Origin: a virus
DNA length: 64,000 bases
Virus record (IMG/VR): IMGVR_UViG_2778260932_000003
Span: 9,788-73,787 of that record
Direction: 5' to 3' (one strand)
The notes below the pieces were generated by a model that worked only from the letters and a program-made list of their open reading frames with translations, did not search any database and was not told the DNA's origin. The position numbers were made by a program, and so were the translations under genes. Positions 20,806 to 30,938 of this stretch are shown here, in pieces (position 1 is the first letter of the stretch; every line of letters starts with the position of its first letter).

Positions 20806-21377
20806 ACACATTACGAACAGTGCGGCTTTACGGTGTACTGGGGACTCAGTTCGGGCGAGTACATAAGCTGGCTGTCTCTACCCCGCAGGAAGCAATCCGG
20901 GCATTATCCGTGCTGATTAAAGGATTTGAACACTTCCTGCTGACTGCCAAAGAACAGGGGCTGACCTTTGCCGTGTTTAATGGAAAACGCAATATCAGCC
21001 GAGAAGAGTTGGTATTTGTCGGGCAGGACGATATTCGTATTGCCCCGATGATTATCGGTAGCAAAAATGCCGGTGTTTTTCAGACCATTCTGGGCGCGGT
21101 GATGGTGGTTGCCGGCGCGTTTTTGTGGGCGACCCCGTTTGGTGCGCCAATGGTTATGTCCGGGGTTGGCATGATGTTGGGTGGCGTGGTGCAGATGCTC
21201 TCGCCGATGCCCGGCGGGCTGGCACGGCGTGAAGATCCCGACAACAAACCCTCCTATGCTTTCGGTGGTCCGGTGAACACCGTTGCACAGGGTAACCCTG
21301 TGCCCATCGGCTACGGCAGACGCCGTATTGGTGGCGCCATCATTTCAGCGGGTATCTATGCGGAAGACCAACAATAA
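20802..21377 (+). CDS. Tail assembly protein I
   Basis: LYGVLGTQFGR...IRIAPMIIGSK...SYAFGGPVNTVAQGNPVPIGYG...IISAG. Confidence 0.9.
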   Translation: MNTLRTVRLYGVLGTQFGRVHKLAVSTPQEAIRALSVLIKGFEHFLLTAKEQGLTFAVFNGKRNISREELVFVGQDDIRIAPMIIGSKNAGVFQTILGAVMVVAGAFLWATPFGAPMVMSGVGMMLGGVVQMLSPMPGGLARREDPDNKPSYAFGGPVNTVAQGNPVPIGYGRRRIGGAIISAGIYAEDQQ

Positions 21378-21394
21378 CGTTCTGGGGATGAAAT

Positions 21395-23824
21395 ATGGAA
21401 AAGCAGCCCATTCAGGGTCATAAAGGCGGCAGCCAGCATCCGCGCACTCCGGTGGAAGCACCGGATTCCCTGCAATCCACCTCCTATACCAAGATCCTTC
21501 TTGCCCTCGGTGAAGGGGAATTTGCAGGCGAGCTGGATGGCAGGCGTATTTTTCTGGATAACACGCCGTTGATTGGTTCCGACGGCAGGCCCAATTTTGA
21601 AGGGGTCAAATGGGAATTCCGCCCCGGCACTCCCCACCAGACATATATTCCCGGTATGCCGGCGGTCGAAAATGCCCGAACCGTCAGTGCTGAACTGGCC
21701 AGCTCGTGGGTGACGACGGTCACCAATACTCAACTGTCAGCGGTCCGCCTTCGGCGGTTGACACCAAAACAGAACAGCAACCGAATCGCTGATGCCATGA
21801 TGGTGGAGGCCATCACTGAGGTGATCGACGCCAAATTAAGCTACCCGGAAACGGCCCTGCTATTTGTTCAGTTTGATGCCAAACAGTTCCGCAATATCCC
21901 GCAAATCACCTGAGAACCCAAGATGCGCATTATCCGGGTGCCAACCAATTATTACCCGGAGCGCAATCGCCGTTATTATGGCAGTTGGGATGGCACCTTC
22001 AAATGGGCATGGAGCGACAATCCGGCATGGGTGCTGTATGACCTGATGATCAATGACCGCTTCAGCATCGGCACCCGGGTGAAAGCGGAAAACCTGAATC
22101 TGGCAAAGTGGGATCTGTATAGCATCGCGCAATATTGTGATCAGACGGTGTCAGATGGAGAAGGTGGCGAAGAGCCGCGTTTCACCTGCAATGTGTATAT
22201 TCAGTCACAGGAAGATGCCTGGGCCGTGTTGCGTGACATTGCGGGGATCTTCCGGGGGATGACTTTCTGGGCCAATAATAACATGAACGTGCTGGCGGAC
22301 ATGCCGCGCGACATGGATTACCTCTTTACCTGTGCCAATGTGCGTGACGGCAAATTCACCTATTCCAGTACCAGAGAGAAAACCCATTACTCCACGGCCA
22401 TGGTGAGCTGGTCCGATCCGCAGAACGGCTATCAGGATGCTATCGAACCGGTGTTTGAACACCGCCTGATACGCCGCTATGGTATTCGACAGGCCGATAT
22501 CACCGCCATCGGTTGTATCAGCCAAAGTGAAGCTATCCGACGTGGCAAATGGGTGTTGCACACCAACGAACATGACCGGACAGTCAATTTCACCGTCGGA
22601 CTGGAGGGCTACATTCCTTTGCCGGGTTACCTTATCGGTGTGTCGGATAATCTGCTGTCAGGGTCGGGAAGGAGCGGGCGTATTCAGGCCGTGCCGGGGC
22701 GATACATTATTACCTTGGATCGGGTGCCGTCGGCAAAAGTGGGGGACTGGCTTGTCATCAACCTGCCTTCCGGTAAAACAGGAAGGGATCTCATTACCGC
22801 GATCAACGGACAGGAGGTTTCCGTGCGTAGCGGGGGCTATGCCTATTCAGAACCACCAGAAGTGGGCGCAGTCTGGGCCATTGAATCCCGCTATATCGCA
22901 GAGCAACCCTTTCGGGTGATGGGTATCAAAGCGGGGGAGGACGGCGTGTCATTTGAGATCACGGCGGTTGAGCACAACCCTGACAAGTATGCACTTATCG
23001 ACAAGGATATCCGCATTGATGAACGCCCCGTGACCATTATTCCACCCAGTGTTCAGCCGGCACCGAAGAATGTCCTTATCGACAGTTATTATTCACTGAA
23101 TCAGGGCATCATCGCCACCACGTTGCGGATCACATGGGACGCCGCCGACAGTGCCGTGGCCTATGAAGCCGAATGGCGCAAAGACAACGGCAACTGGATA
23201 ACGGCTCCCCGGACTACCGCACGAAGTCTTGAGGTGCCGAACGTTGATGACGGGCGCTATCAGGCGCGGGTCAGGGCGACTAATGCCGCGGCAATATCCA
23301 GTATCTGGATGAACACACAGGATACCCTGGTAGGAAACCGCAAAGTGGCTCCGTCGGCACCGCAATCCCTCCAAACCACGTCGCTACTTTTTGGTATCCG
23401 GCTGGACTGGGATTTTGCCAACCCGACGGATGTCCTGCTGAAAACGGAAATTTGCTACAACAAAAACGGTGAGGATGATGACACGATGCAGTTCGCCGAT
23501 ATTTCTTATCCGCAACGAACCCACACTTTGCAGGGGCTGGCGGCGGGGGAGAAGCTCTATTTTCGGGCACGGTTGGTGGACAAATCGGGCAATTCCTCGG
23601 CGTGGACGTCACTGGTCAGCGGTGTCGCGTCCAATGATACCAGCTGGATAGTAGAGGCCAGTCGGGATCATTTTTTGGACGCAGAAACCGGGCGGCACTT
23701 ACAGGCGCAACTCAATGAGCAGGCCAGAACCGATGCACGTCACAAGCAGGCCATTGCGGAAAATGCACAGGCCATTGAGAAGCTTAATAACATTCTGGAG
23801 GATATTCAGCGGCGTATACGGTAA
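21395..23824 (+). pseudogene. Host-specificity/tail tip protein J with nonsense codon, internal deletion and short C-terminus
   Basis: In-frame TGA at 21911-21913 (IT*EPKMRIIRVP; normally C). Abrupt SAVRL|RRLTPK junction at ~21750. WDGTFKWAWSDNPAWVLYDL and FnIII-like region are present. Confidence 0.85.
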
Positions 23825-23878
23825 TTGGTATTAGCTATCATTCGATCTGAGACTATTGCTGATCTGAGCAAAACTGAG

Positions 23879-23911
23879 TCTGATAGTCTGCTTTGTGCCA
23901 GAAGCGGACTT
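23879..23911. repeat. 33-bp imperfect inverted repeat, left copy (partner 26669-26701)
   Basis: The reverse complement AAGTCCGCTTCTGGCACAAAGCAGACTATCAGA matches 25/33 to 26669-26701; each copy is itself an imperfect GTCCGCTT...AAGCGGAC palindrome. Confidence 0.65.
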
Positions 23912-24149
23912 TGTTTTTGCTAATAAAATTTAAACAAGATCTAATGTGAGATCTGTTCGATTGTTTCGAGCAACTATTCGGGTTATAAGGCTTATTTGTC
24001 GTTCCAGCGATCGTTACTAATGGGGTAGTTTATTAAAAACTAGTCAATCCACAGTATTGGATTGAAAGCAGCGTTCAGGTTAGAGGGATCAGCGCACGGT
24101 TTGTAATGTGGTGCATCGTACTTTTGATTAACATGTTGCATAGGGGACT

Positions 24150-26546
24150 GTGATGAGCATCAGTAAGGTAGATATTGCTAACTTCGGTAGCTTTAAAGAT
24201 TTCGTTTGGAAGAGCGCCGTCAGAGACCATGGCGGTGATGTTCTGAACTTCAAGCGTCTGAACATTATCTATGGTCGCAACTATTCAGGTAAGACAACAC
24301 TCTCACGCATCTTCCGTACTCTACAGACTGGTATCATCCCTGACAGTTACAGTACCTCATCCTTCATCATTTCCGGTGACAAAGGTGAAGTCAATCAATC
24401 GGGCGTCTCAGCGCATAATTACGTTGTAAGAGTCTATAATCGTGATTTTGTGGATGACAACCTCAGCTTCCTTGTCAACCAAGATGGCGGTGAAATCAAG
24501 ACGTTCGCTATTGTTGGTGGGAAGAACAAGGAAGTTGAAGATGCTATCACCGCGATTGAAGCCCAACTTGGTAGCGTAGAAGAAAAATCAGGGCTTAAGC
24601 ATGAGTTAGAGATAAAACGCCTTGAACGAGATCGCGCAAAAGAAAATTACAAAAAAGGCAATGATACTCTGACTGATAAGCTAAGAACTAAAGCAAAGTC
24701 TCTAAAAGAAAATAAGGACTACGTCCCTGAGGTATATACAATTCGAAATATTCAATCTGACATCGAAAAAACCAATAAGCCTAATTTCAAAAAACTATCA
24801 CAAAAAGAATCCAAAGCGAAAGCAGACTTATTAAAACAAGAAGTACTTCCCGAAATTACCGACAAGGTTTCTATCAAACTAAAATTAAACTCTCTTGTTA
24901 ATACTGTTGAAGAGCTTCTACAGCGAACGATTAAACCTACTCAGGCAATTCAAGAACTACTAGATGACCGTATTCTTCAGTTATGGGTTAAAGAGGGGAT
25001 GCCCCTTCACAGAGACAAGCACGATACATGTGCATTCTGTCGCCAAAAACTTCCACATGATATTTGGCAAATTCTGGATTCGCACTTCAGCAAAGAATCA
25101 ATTGAACTCGAATCAGAGATTGATTTGTCTATTGCTTCTGTTGATTCTGAAATTAGGCGAATTCCAACATTCCTAAGCCTAACAAGCGACAAGTTTTATT
25201 CTGAAGAAAAGTCAGCATTTGATATCAGCAAAAAAACTTTGGATGGTTGTTTGGAGGTGTACAAGCGAGATTTGGAATCACTCAAATTAGCACTTCACAA
25301 GAGAAAGAATAGTCTCTTTCAGCTCGTAGTTCTCCCGATAGTCAATCATGATGCCATACTTATTGAGCAGCAAGTTGAACGCATCAACGAACTAATTGAG
25401 CGGAGCAACCGTCGCTCCAAGACATTGGATAAAGATAAGATTAATGCGCGTGAGACACTCCGTTTATCAGATGTGGCATCTTTTGTTTCTACGATTGGCT
25501 ACGATGCAGAAATGATTCGCATTACTGAATTGAAGACTACTTCTGACATATCAAATGCAGCTTTTGTTGCTGCTGAAAATGAGATCATTAGGTTAGAGAG
25601 TGAAGTCACTGCCCTGCGCAGAGAACAGAAAGATGAGCGAAAAGGTGCTGATCGTGTCAATGCACTTTTGAATCACTTCTTTGGTCATGATGGCATCAAG
25701 CTTGAAGCTCAAGATAATCACGATAAAACTGCTGTTAAGTTTCAGATCATGCGAGATGGCAAGTCTGCATATAACCTAAGTGAAGGTGAGTGCAGCTTGA
25801 TTGCATTTTGCTACTTCATTGCCAAGTTGGAAGAACCTGAAAGTAAAGATAGAGAACTCATCATCTACATTGATGATCCAGTCTCAAGCTTAGATGGCAA
25901 TCACATCTTCTTTATGTTCAGCTTGATCGAGAGTTTAATTGCCAAACCAATCAAGAATAACGACGGCTCAAACCGCTATCGGTATAAACAGCTTTTCATC
26001 TCAACTCATAATCTTGATTTCTTGAAGTATCTTAAGAAAATTTCACTTCCAAATGAGAAAAATCATGGTGGTCATCAACACTTCATGATTGAAAGGAATG
26101 GAGCCTCGAGTAATATTTCGTTGATGCCCACTTACCTTAAAGATTACATCACCGAGTTCAATTATCTTTTTCATCAAATCTACAAATGCCGTGATCAAGA
26201 AATTGTAAATACTAATTACGAACCATTTTACTCATTTGGAAACAATTTAAGGAAATTCCTTGAAGCATTTCTTTTTTACAAATACCCCTATCATGATGAT
26301 AAGAATGATGCCTTTGAAAGGATCAAAAAGTTCTTTGGGGATGACGACACTGCAATAGCTCTTGCTAATCGCCTGAACAATGAGCTATCTCACTTGGAAT
26401 CAATTTTTGATCGAAGCATCAAGCCAATAGAAATTCCTGAAATTCCAAAGCTCGCGAACTATGTATTAGACAAGATTTACACATCGGACCCTGACCAATA
26501 CAATTCATTGCTAAAGAGTATAGGTGAGCCCGAGCGCACTACTTAA
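24150..26546 (+). CDS. rloC: RloC-like ABC ATPase/HEPN anticodon nuclease (AAA_13 family), anti-phage defence
   Basis: Walker A GRNYSGKTT, coiled coil with zinc hook CAFC, signature LSEGE, Walker B IYIDDPVSSLD, H-loop STHN, C-terminal HEPN with RKFLE and RLNNELSH (R-x6-H). Confidence 0.8.
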   Translation: MMSISKVDIANFGSFKDFVWKSAVRDHGGDVLNFKRLNIIYGRNYSGKTTLSRIFRTLQTGIIPDSYSTSSFIISGDKGEVNQSGVSAHNYVVRVYNRDFVDDNLSFLVNQDGGEIKTFAIVGGKNKEVEDAITAIEAQLGSVEEKSGLKHELEIKRLERDRAKENYKKGNDTLTDKLRTKAKSLKENKDYVPEVYTIRNIQSDIEKTNKPNFKKLSQKESKAKADLLKQEVLPEITDKVSIKLKLNSLVNTVEELLQRTIKPTQAIQELLDDRILQLWVKEGMPLHRDKHDTCAFCRQKLPHDIWQILDSHFSKESIELESEIDLSIASVDSEIRRIPTFLSLTSDKFYSEEKSAFDISKKTLDGCLEVYKRDLESLKLALHKRKNSLFQLVVLPIVNHDAILIEQQVERINELIERSNRRSKTLDKDKINARETLRLSDVASFVSTIGYDAEMIRITELKTTSDISNAAFVAAENEIIRLESEVTALRREQKDERKGADRVNALLNHFFGHDGIKLEAQDNHDKTAVKFQIMRDGKSAYNLSEGECSLIAFCYFIAKLEEPESKDRELIIYIDDPVSSLDGNHIFFMFSLIESLIAKPIKNNDGSNRYRYKQLFISTHNLDFLKYLKKISLPNEKNHGGHQHFMIERNGASSNISLMPTYLKDYITEFNYLFHQIYKCRDQEIVNTNYEPFYSFGNNLRKFLEAFLFYKYPYHDDKNDAFERIKKFFGDDDTAIALANRLNNELSHLESIFDRSIKPIEIPEIPKLANYVLDKIYTSDPDQYNSLLKSIGEPERTT

Positions 26547-26668
26547 AATAGAGCTTATTCTAACATATCATGGCTAAGCTATTACTCATCAATACTATGC
26601 CAATTTTGGCGCTCAAGTTTCGTTGAGATTCTTAGCCGCCTTCATTGTGGCTCGTTATCGTAGGTGCT

Positions 26669-26701
26669 AAGTCCGCTTTTCGCACTTAACCGACAGTCAG
26701 A
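26669..26701. repeat. 33-bp imperfect inverted repeat, right copy
   Basis: AAGTCCGCTTTTCGCACTTAACCGACAGTCAGA; see the left copy. Confidence 0.65.
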
Positions 26702-26755
26702 TGTATCTATGCCCTGCCATAGGGCACCATCAGGTTAAGTCGCAGCTAATACACA

Positions 26756-27181
26756 TTATGAGTTCGGCTCCCACGGATTGAGGATTGTAACCCCTGTCGG
26801 CTGAAAATCGGCTACGTTACGCGTGACTACCGTCATACTATGCACAAGCGCTGTCGCTGCAATCAGTGCATCACGCTCGCTGGCGCGGTCAGGGACGTGC
26901 AACTGGGCGCAGCGTTGCGCCACAGCGGTATCAACGGGTAATGTGCGTTCGGCGAATTCCGGCAGGACATGTTGTTCCAGCCACGCCCGCAGCAGGGTTC
27001 CTTGCGTGGCATCCTTACGCTCAATCAACAGAATGCCAAGCTCTAACTCCATGATGGTAATGGCGGAGACAAAGAGAGCGGCCGCATCGACACTTTCAGC
27101 CCATTTCGCCACGTTTGGATCGGCCTTCCCGGCCCGAATTTTTCGCAGTTCGGACACAACGTTGGTATCGAGTACGTACAT
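26756..27181 (-). CDS. vapC: VapC PIN-domain toxin
   Basis: YVLDTNVVSE, ITIMELELG, DALIAATA, VVTRNVADF. Confidence 0.95.
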   Translation of the reverse strand: MYVLDTNVVSELRKIRAGKADPNVAKWAESVDAAALFVSAITIMELELGILLIERKDATQGTLLRAWLEQHVLPEFAERTLPVDTAVAQRCAQLHVPDRASERDALIAATALVHSMTVVTRNVADFQPTGVTILNPWEPNS

Positions 27182-27435
27182 TATGAGAAATCCGCCGGGC
27201 GGGTTTCGATAGTCACGCGCTGTGGTTCAAACTCAATATCCGCAACCCCCGGCATCGCCAATGAATCAGCAATATTGCGATGCTGTTTGGTCAGCAGCCG
27301 GTATTCCTCAATGCTCAACAGCACATGCGCTGGCTTGCCGCGATCGGTGATAAAGACGGGACCGTTCTTGGTGGCTTTCTTTGCACGGGTCACATCCTGA
27401 TTCAGTTCCCGGCTGGAGAGGGTCGTGATGGTCAT
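27181..27435 (-). CDS. Phd/YefM-family antitoxin paired with VapC
   Basis: LSSRELNQD...GPVFITDRGKPAHVLLSIEEY; 1-bp overlap with the toxin. Confidence 0.9.
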   Translation of the reverse strand: MTITTLSSRELNQDVTRAKKATKNGPVFITDRGKPAHVLLSIEEYRLLTKQHRNIADSLAMPGVADIEFEPQRVTIETRPADFS

Positions 27436-27676
27436 GGCGGCATCTCCTGTTTGAATTTACGATATAGGAACATTACTACAATATAGATAATAGTGCAAAT
27501 AGTGTACGCAATTTCATTCCTGTCACTATTTTGCGAGCCGCTTTGCAAAGGTCATTTTTGCCAGTGGTATGTTATTTGAGCGGAGGATAGAGTAGGTGGT
27601 GATATTTCGACGCGGCTTTACCGTGCTACCAACACGATAAAACCGCTAACCACAACAACTAACGAGAATAGTTATT

Positions 27677-28006
27677 ATGGCTGACGCGCATTCTACTGCA
27701 GGCATCTGTATTTACAAAATTTCCCAACCCGAACGTTATCAGAAAGTGGTTTACCGCCCCAAGGGGCTTAACCGCACGACCCCGGCCATCAACTTAAGCG
27801 GAAAATGGTTGCTGGAAGCGGGATTTTCCATCAATGATCCCTTAAAAATCAGAGTGATGCCTGGCTGTCTGATCATCACCAGCCAAAATTTTCATGCACT
27901 CTGGCACTGCTTAAAAAGCCTGAATGAAGGTGAATGGGATGATATCGCCGTGGCACACTGGTTGGGGCAATTCCCCGGAAAATTGACGAAAAAACTACCG
28001 AGATAA
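27677..28006 (+). CDS. symE: SymE-family type I toxin
   Basis: MADAHST N-terminus; PAINLSGKWLLEAGF...IRVMPGCLIIT. Confidence 0.85.
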   Translation: MADAHSTAGICIYKISQPERYQKVVYRPKGLNRTTPAINLSGKWLLEAGFSINDPLKIRVMPGCLIITSQNFHALWHCLKSLNEGEWDDIAVAHWLGQFPGKLTKKLPR

Positions 28007-28145
28007 ACGCATAATACCCTGTTTTATCAATAAAAACGTATATTGAACGTGCCTGTGTGGGGGGAACTTTGTGCTTAAAGGGCAAAATTTTTCTTTTGCG
28101 AAGCAACTCGCATTTTATTTGACTGATTAAACAAAGAAGGAACCG

Positions 28146-28484
28146 ATGAAACTTCATTTTTCGACTGATAATGCAGCACTACCGGAATGTGTCTTAAGCG
28201 GTGAAGATATGCAACAGATGGGCTTTACGCCGAAGACCCTGTTTCATATCCAGCAATATGACAACGGGTTGATGCTAACACTGACTGAGCCTGATCAGGT
28301 TCCTCTGCCTCAGATGGCGGAAAATGATCCCTATCAGGGCATTGATTGGGTGCGTGATAATGGTGAACTGTATCTGGCAGGTGATTGGTTAACGGAAACC
28401 GGTTTGTTGGATAAACCCGTTCAGATTGCTTTTGGCTATGGCAAAATTATGTTAATGACCGAAGCGGATTTTAGCCCCGTCTGA
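28146..28484 (+). CDS. SymE-like protein with two degenerate SymE/AbrB-like units
   Basis: LSGEDMQQMGF and LYLAGDWLTETG resemble the SymE L.G.WL.EAGF motif. Confidence 0.5.
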   Translation: MKLHFSTDNAALPECVLSGEDMQQMGFTPKTLFHIQQYDNGLMLTLTEPDQVPLPQMAENDPYQGIDWVRDNGELYLAGDWLTETGLLDKPVQIAFGYGKIMLMTEADFSPV

Positions 28485-28490
28485 GCCGTG

Positions 28491-28617
28491 TATACGCAAT
28501 GGATTTCAAGTTGCATCGCGGCGGCAAGGGAGAAAGTCCCCAGGAGCATAGACAACTATGTGACTGGGGCAAACGAACGTAGCCAACAAAGAGGCAGTTT
28601 GAAAGGCGAAGTGTATA
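28491..28617. repeat. ERIC (enterobacterial repetitive intergenic consensus) element
   Basis: 127 bp, TATAC...GTATA ends, core AAGTTGCA..GCGGCAAG...CCCCAGGAGC...GTGACTGGGG..AACG.AGCCAAC. Confidence 0.9.
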
Positions 28618-28711
28618 ATACGTTTTTATTGCTGGTGGCTTTAGTGTGTTAACTATGGTTGACACACCGTGTTATTTACCTACAATAATGATATTGCTTC
28701 AGGAGGGAAGC

Positions 28712-29008
28712 ATGATAACCATTGAAAGGACGCAATATTTTGAAAAATGGTTAAAATCCTTAAAAGACCGAGTAGCAAAAGCCAAAATCTTAATCCGGGT
28801 TGAAAGAATGGAAGAGGGCAATTTTGGCGATGTTGAACCTGTGGGAGGCGGGGTATCGGAACTCAGAATACATTACGGGCAAGGCTATCGTGTCTACTTT
28901 ACTAACAAAAATAATGAAATCATATTATTACTCTGTGGCGGGGATAAAAGCAGCCAGCAGGCAGATATAAAGAAAGCCAAACAACTCGCGAAAGAATGGG
29001 GATTTTAA
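28712..29008 (+). CDS. RelE/HigB-type addiction module toxin
   Basis: AGGAGG RBS; FEKWLKSLKD..GNFGDVEPVGGGVSELRIHYGQGYRVYF...LLCGGDKSSQQADI. Confidence 0.9.
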   Translation: MITIERTQYFEKWLKSLKDRVAKAKILIRVERMEEGNFGDVEPVGGGVSELRIHYGQGYRVYFTNKNNEIILLLCGGDKSSQQADIKKAKQLAKEWGF

Positions 29009-29009
29009 A

Positions 29010-29294
29010 ATGAAATCAGCACCAAAAAAATTTGATGTTGTGGAGTTTTTAGAAACGGAAGAAGATATTCAGGCCTACTTAAATGCCGCTATCGAAGAAA
29101 ACGATACAAAATATTTATTTAAAGCGTTAGGTAATATTGCCAGAAGAAAAAATATCAGCCAACTCTCTAAAGAATCGGGAATAAGCCGAGAAGGGATATA
29201 CAAGGCGTTATCCGGTGAAGGCAACCCATCGTTTAATACAGTATACAAAATTTCAAAAGCGCTGGGTTTAAAACTCCATTTTACGGGGGATTAA
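29010..29294 (+). CDS. HTH (XRE) addiction module antidote
   Basis: FDVVEFLETEEDIQAYL...ISQLSKESGISREGIYKALSGEGNPSF; toxin-first order. Confidence 0.9.
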   Translation: MKSAPKKFDVVEFLETEEDIQAYLNAAIEENDTKYLFKALGNIARRKNISQLSKESGISREGIYKALSGEGNPSFNTVYKISKALGLKLHFTGD

Positions 29295-29376
29295 ATTCGT
29301 TTTTCAACATAAATCAGTTCGCTATTGATAAATTACATCATGAAGATGTAATTTATCTTTCTTTTAACAAGGTCAT

Positions 29377-29760
29377 TCAATAAACAAACCGCGAAGTCCG
29401 ATTGTTGTTTTCCTCCTCTATCAACTCTTTCATAATTGAACAGAAACTGAGGTTTTCGGGAACATAGACAATGCTATTGTATTCCTTTGGTTTTAACTCC
29501 ATTGAAAACATGTCCTGACCATTTTCCAATAACCGTAGTTTATCCAGTTTTTCAAGTTGAAAAAGAAGAAGGTCATCGGCTGTTTTGATGATCATCTTCT
29601 CCACACAGGATTTTCCTTTGGCTGACCCCGTATAATAAAGTTCACGTATCGGTTTATATTCTTCGGGTAAATCATCACTCAACGGACACAGTAAATAGCT
29701 GCGCATCTCTTCTCTTTTTTTGATCATCTTGTCATAAATATATTGATATACCGTTATCAT
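29377..29760 (-). CDS. Orphan putative immunity protein
   Basis: AT-rich; preceded by a 17-codon open stub ending TAA (29762-29815) and a conserved hairpin. Confidence 0.55.
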   Translation of the reverse strand: MITVYQYIYDKMIKKREEMRSYLLCPLSDDLPEEYKPIRELYYTGSAKGKSCVEKMIIKTADDLLLFQLEKLDKLRLLENGQDMFSMELKPKEYNSIVYVPENLSFCSIMKELIEEENNNRTSRFVY

Positions 29761-29815
29761 GTTATTCCTTTTTTGATTGTCGAAGTGAGTATGTTTCCTT
29801 TATGGCTATAACATT

Positions 29816-29845
29816 AAGCCGGAAGATCACGGGGATCTTTCCGGC
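29816..29845. terminator. Conserved hairpin copy 1 (AAGCCGGAAGATCA...GATCTTTCCGGC)
   Basis: Stem-loop sharing a 14-bp prefix with copies at 30441 and 30887. Confidence 0.7.
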
Positions 29846-29850
29846 CAAAA

Positions 29851-30114
29851 TTATTTTCTTAAATAATCATCAACGTCTTTTCCAACTTCATCAAGATAAT
29901 TGAGCATTGGATTCATATAATCATTATACATTTCGACATACATTCTTGCGGAACTTCGTATGTCATTGTACTTTAAGCTATTATTGATTATTTTTTCTTT
30001 TGTTTTTATGAACAAATTTATTATTGATTGCAACTGATTTTTATTATTTCTTTTTTCTTCCTCCAATAAATCTATTGCTTTCACTATCTTTATAAGTAAC
30101 TGTTCTTTATTCAT
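29851..30114 (-). CDS. Orphan putative immunity protein
   Basis: 87 aa; downstream of the toxin-like stub at 30129-~30235. Confidence 0.55.
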   Translation of the reverse strand: MNKEQLLIKIVKAIDLLEEEKRNNKNQLQSIINLFIKTKEKIINNSLKYNDIRSSARMYVEMYNDYMNPMLNYLDEVGKDVDDYLRK

Positions 30115-30128
30115 ATATCAAATTCCCC

Positions 30129-30235
30129 TTACTTCAAAAACCTTACATCTTTTACCCAACTCATTGGATAACCTAATGGTAAGACTATCTGATCAGCTCC
30201 ACCGTCTAATCTGGTTCCTGATTTGGTAAACTGTT
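30129..30235 (-). pseudogene. 3' stub of a polymorphic toxin C-terminus
   Basis: EQFTKSGTRLDGGADQIVLPLGYPMSWVKDVRFLK* directly before an immunity-like ORF; its 5' side abuts a symE fragment. Confidence 0.45.
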
Positions 30236-30408
30236 CTTTAACCATTGGCGACTCGGTCACAGTCAAAATCATGGAGGGCTGTTTAGTACTCATCCCCGAC
30301 AGCGACGAGACGAACAGCCTCAAACAACAATACCAGCGCCAGCGCGAGCAAATCAGTGAAATTAAGCTGCGGATGCGAGAGCTGATTGGTGACTATAAAA
30401 GCAACTAA
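30236..30408 (+). pseudogene. symE: 3' half of a symE-family gene
   Basis: TIGDSVTVKIMEGCLVLIPDS followed by a coiled-coil tail; the N-terminal half is missing. Confidence 0.7.
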
Positions 30409-30440
30409 GAGCAAGGGAGTGAGCAGCTCTTAACAGAACA

Positions 30441-30470
30441 AAGCCGGAAGATCACTGAGATCTTTCCGAT
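30441..30470. terminator. Conserved hairpin copy 2
   Basis: AAGCCGGAAGATCACTGAGATCTTTCCG between convergent symE' and an immunity gene. Confidence 0.7.
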
Positions 30471-30476
30471 TCTGTA

Positions 30477-30791
30477 TTAATTAAACGTATCATTGATATC
30501 GTTTTTTATTTTATCTAATGCTTTATTGGCTTTAAGTCGTTCATTAAAATCATCCCGCCAAATAAAGTATTCAGAAAAACCACCATAACCTCCGAACATA
30601 GATCCATATGCACGGCGAGCATCTTCAATAGCAGATTGTGCATCGTTTGTACCCCCATATGTTGGGGGCGTCAGCAGTGTAATAACGTTCTCAATGCCCT
30701 TTATCCAATTTCCTCCACCATTAACACGCATAATTTCCCATAGTGAAAGGAAAAGGACTCTTAACTTTTTTGATTGTTCAATAGAGTCCAT
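30477..30791 (-). CDS. Orphan putative immunity protein
   Basis: Preceded by a 29-aa toxin-like stub (30795-30884, YNSPNQFPYTEFKPWKIDGVKVLEDWPLR*); FGGYGGFSEYFI motif. Confidence 0.55.
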   Translation of the reverse strand: MDSIEQSKKLRVLFLSLWEIMRVNGGGNWIKGIENVITLLTPPTYGGTNDAQSAIEDARRAYGSMFGGYGGFSEYFIWRDDFNERLKANKALDKIKNDINDTFN

Positions 30792-30884
30792 ACATTACCT
30801 CAAAGGCCAATCTTCTAATACTTTGACACCATCTATTTTCCAAGGTTTAAACTCAGTATATGGGAACTGATTGGGGCTATTATA

Positions 30885-30920
30885 AAAAGCCGGAAGATCA
30901 TGTGGATTTTTCCGGCTTTT
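30885..30920. terminator. Conserved hairpin copy 3
   Basis: AAAAGCCGGAAGATCATGTGGATTTTTCCGGCTTTT, downstream of the cognate Rhs immunity gene. Confidence 0.75.
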
Positions 30921-30938
30921 CGTGTTTAATTTAACCAA

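Larger units (their letters stand above)
13144..23824 (+). mobile_element. Defective HK97/lambda-like prophage remnant: capsid 3' stub, neck and tail module only
   Basis: Abrupt GC rise at ~13143; contiguous co-oriented siphovirus neck/tail genes. No portal, terminase, integrase or lysis genes. Confidence 0.9.

Noticed and set aside
13657-23612. Many minus-strand and alternate-frame ORFs over the prophage tail genes
   Set aside because: Shadows of GC-rich coding sequence; no motifs, and they overlap well-supported genes.
26558-26740. Integron attC site after rloC (TTCTAAC ... GTTAAGT)
   Set aside because: The left box does not fit RYYYAAC, the span is long, I see no convincing internal L boxes, and there is no integron integrase.
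28646-28711. N-terminal extension of the RelE/HigB toxin in the ORF track
   Set aside because: A strong AGGAGG RBS supports the ATG at 28712.
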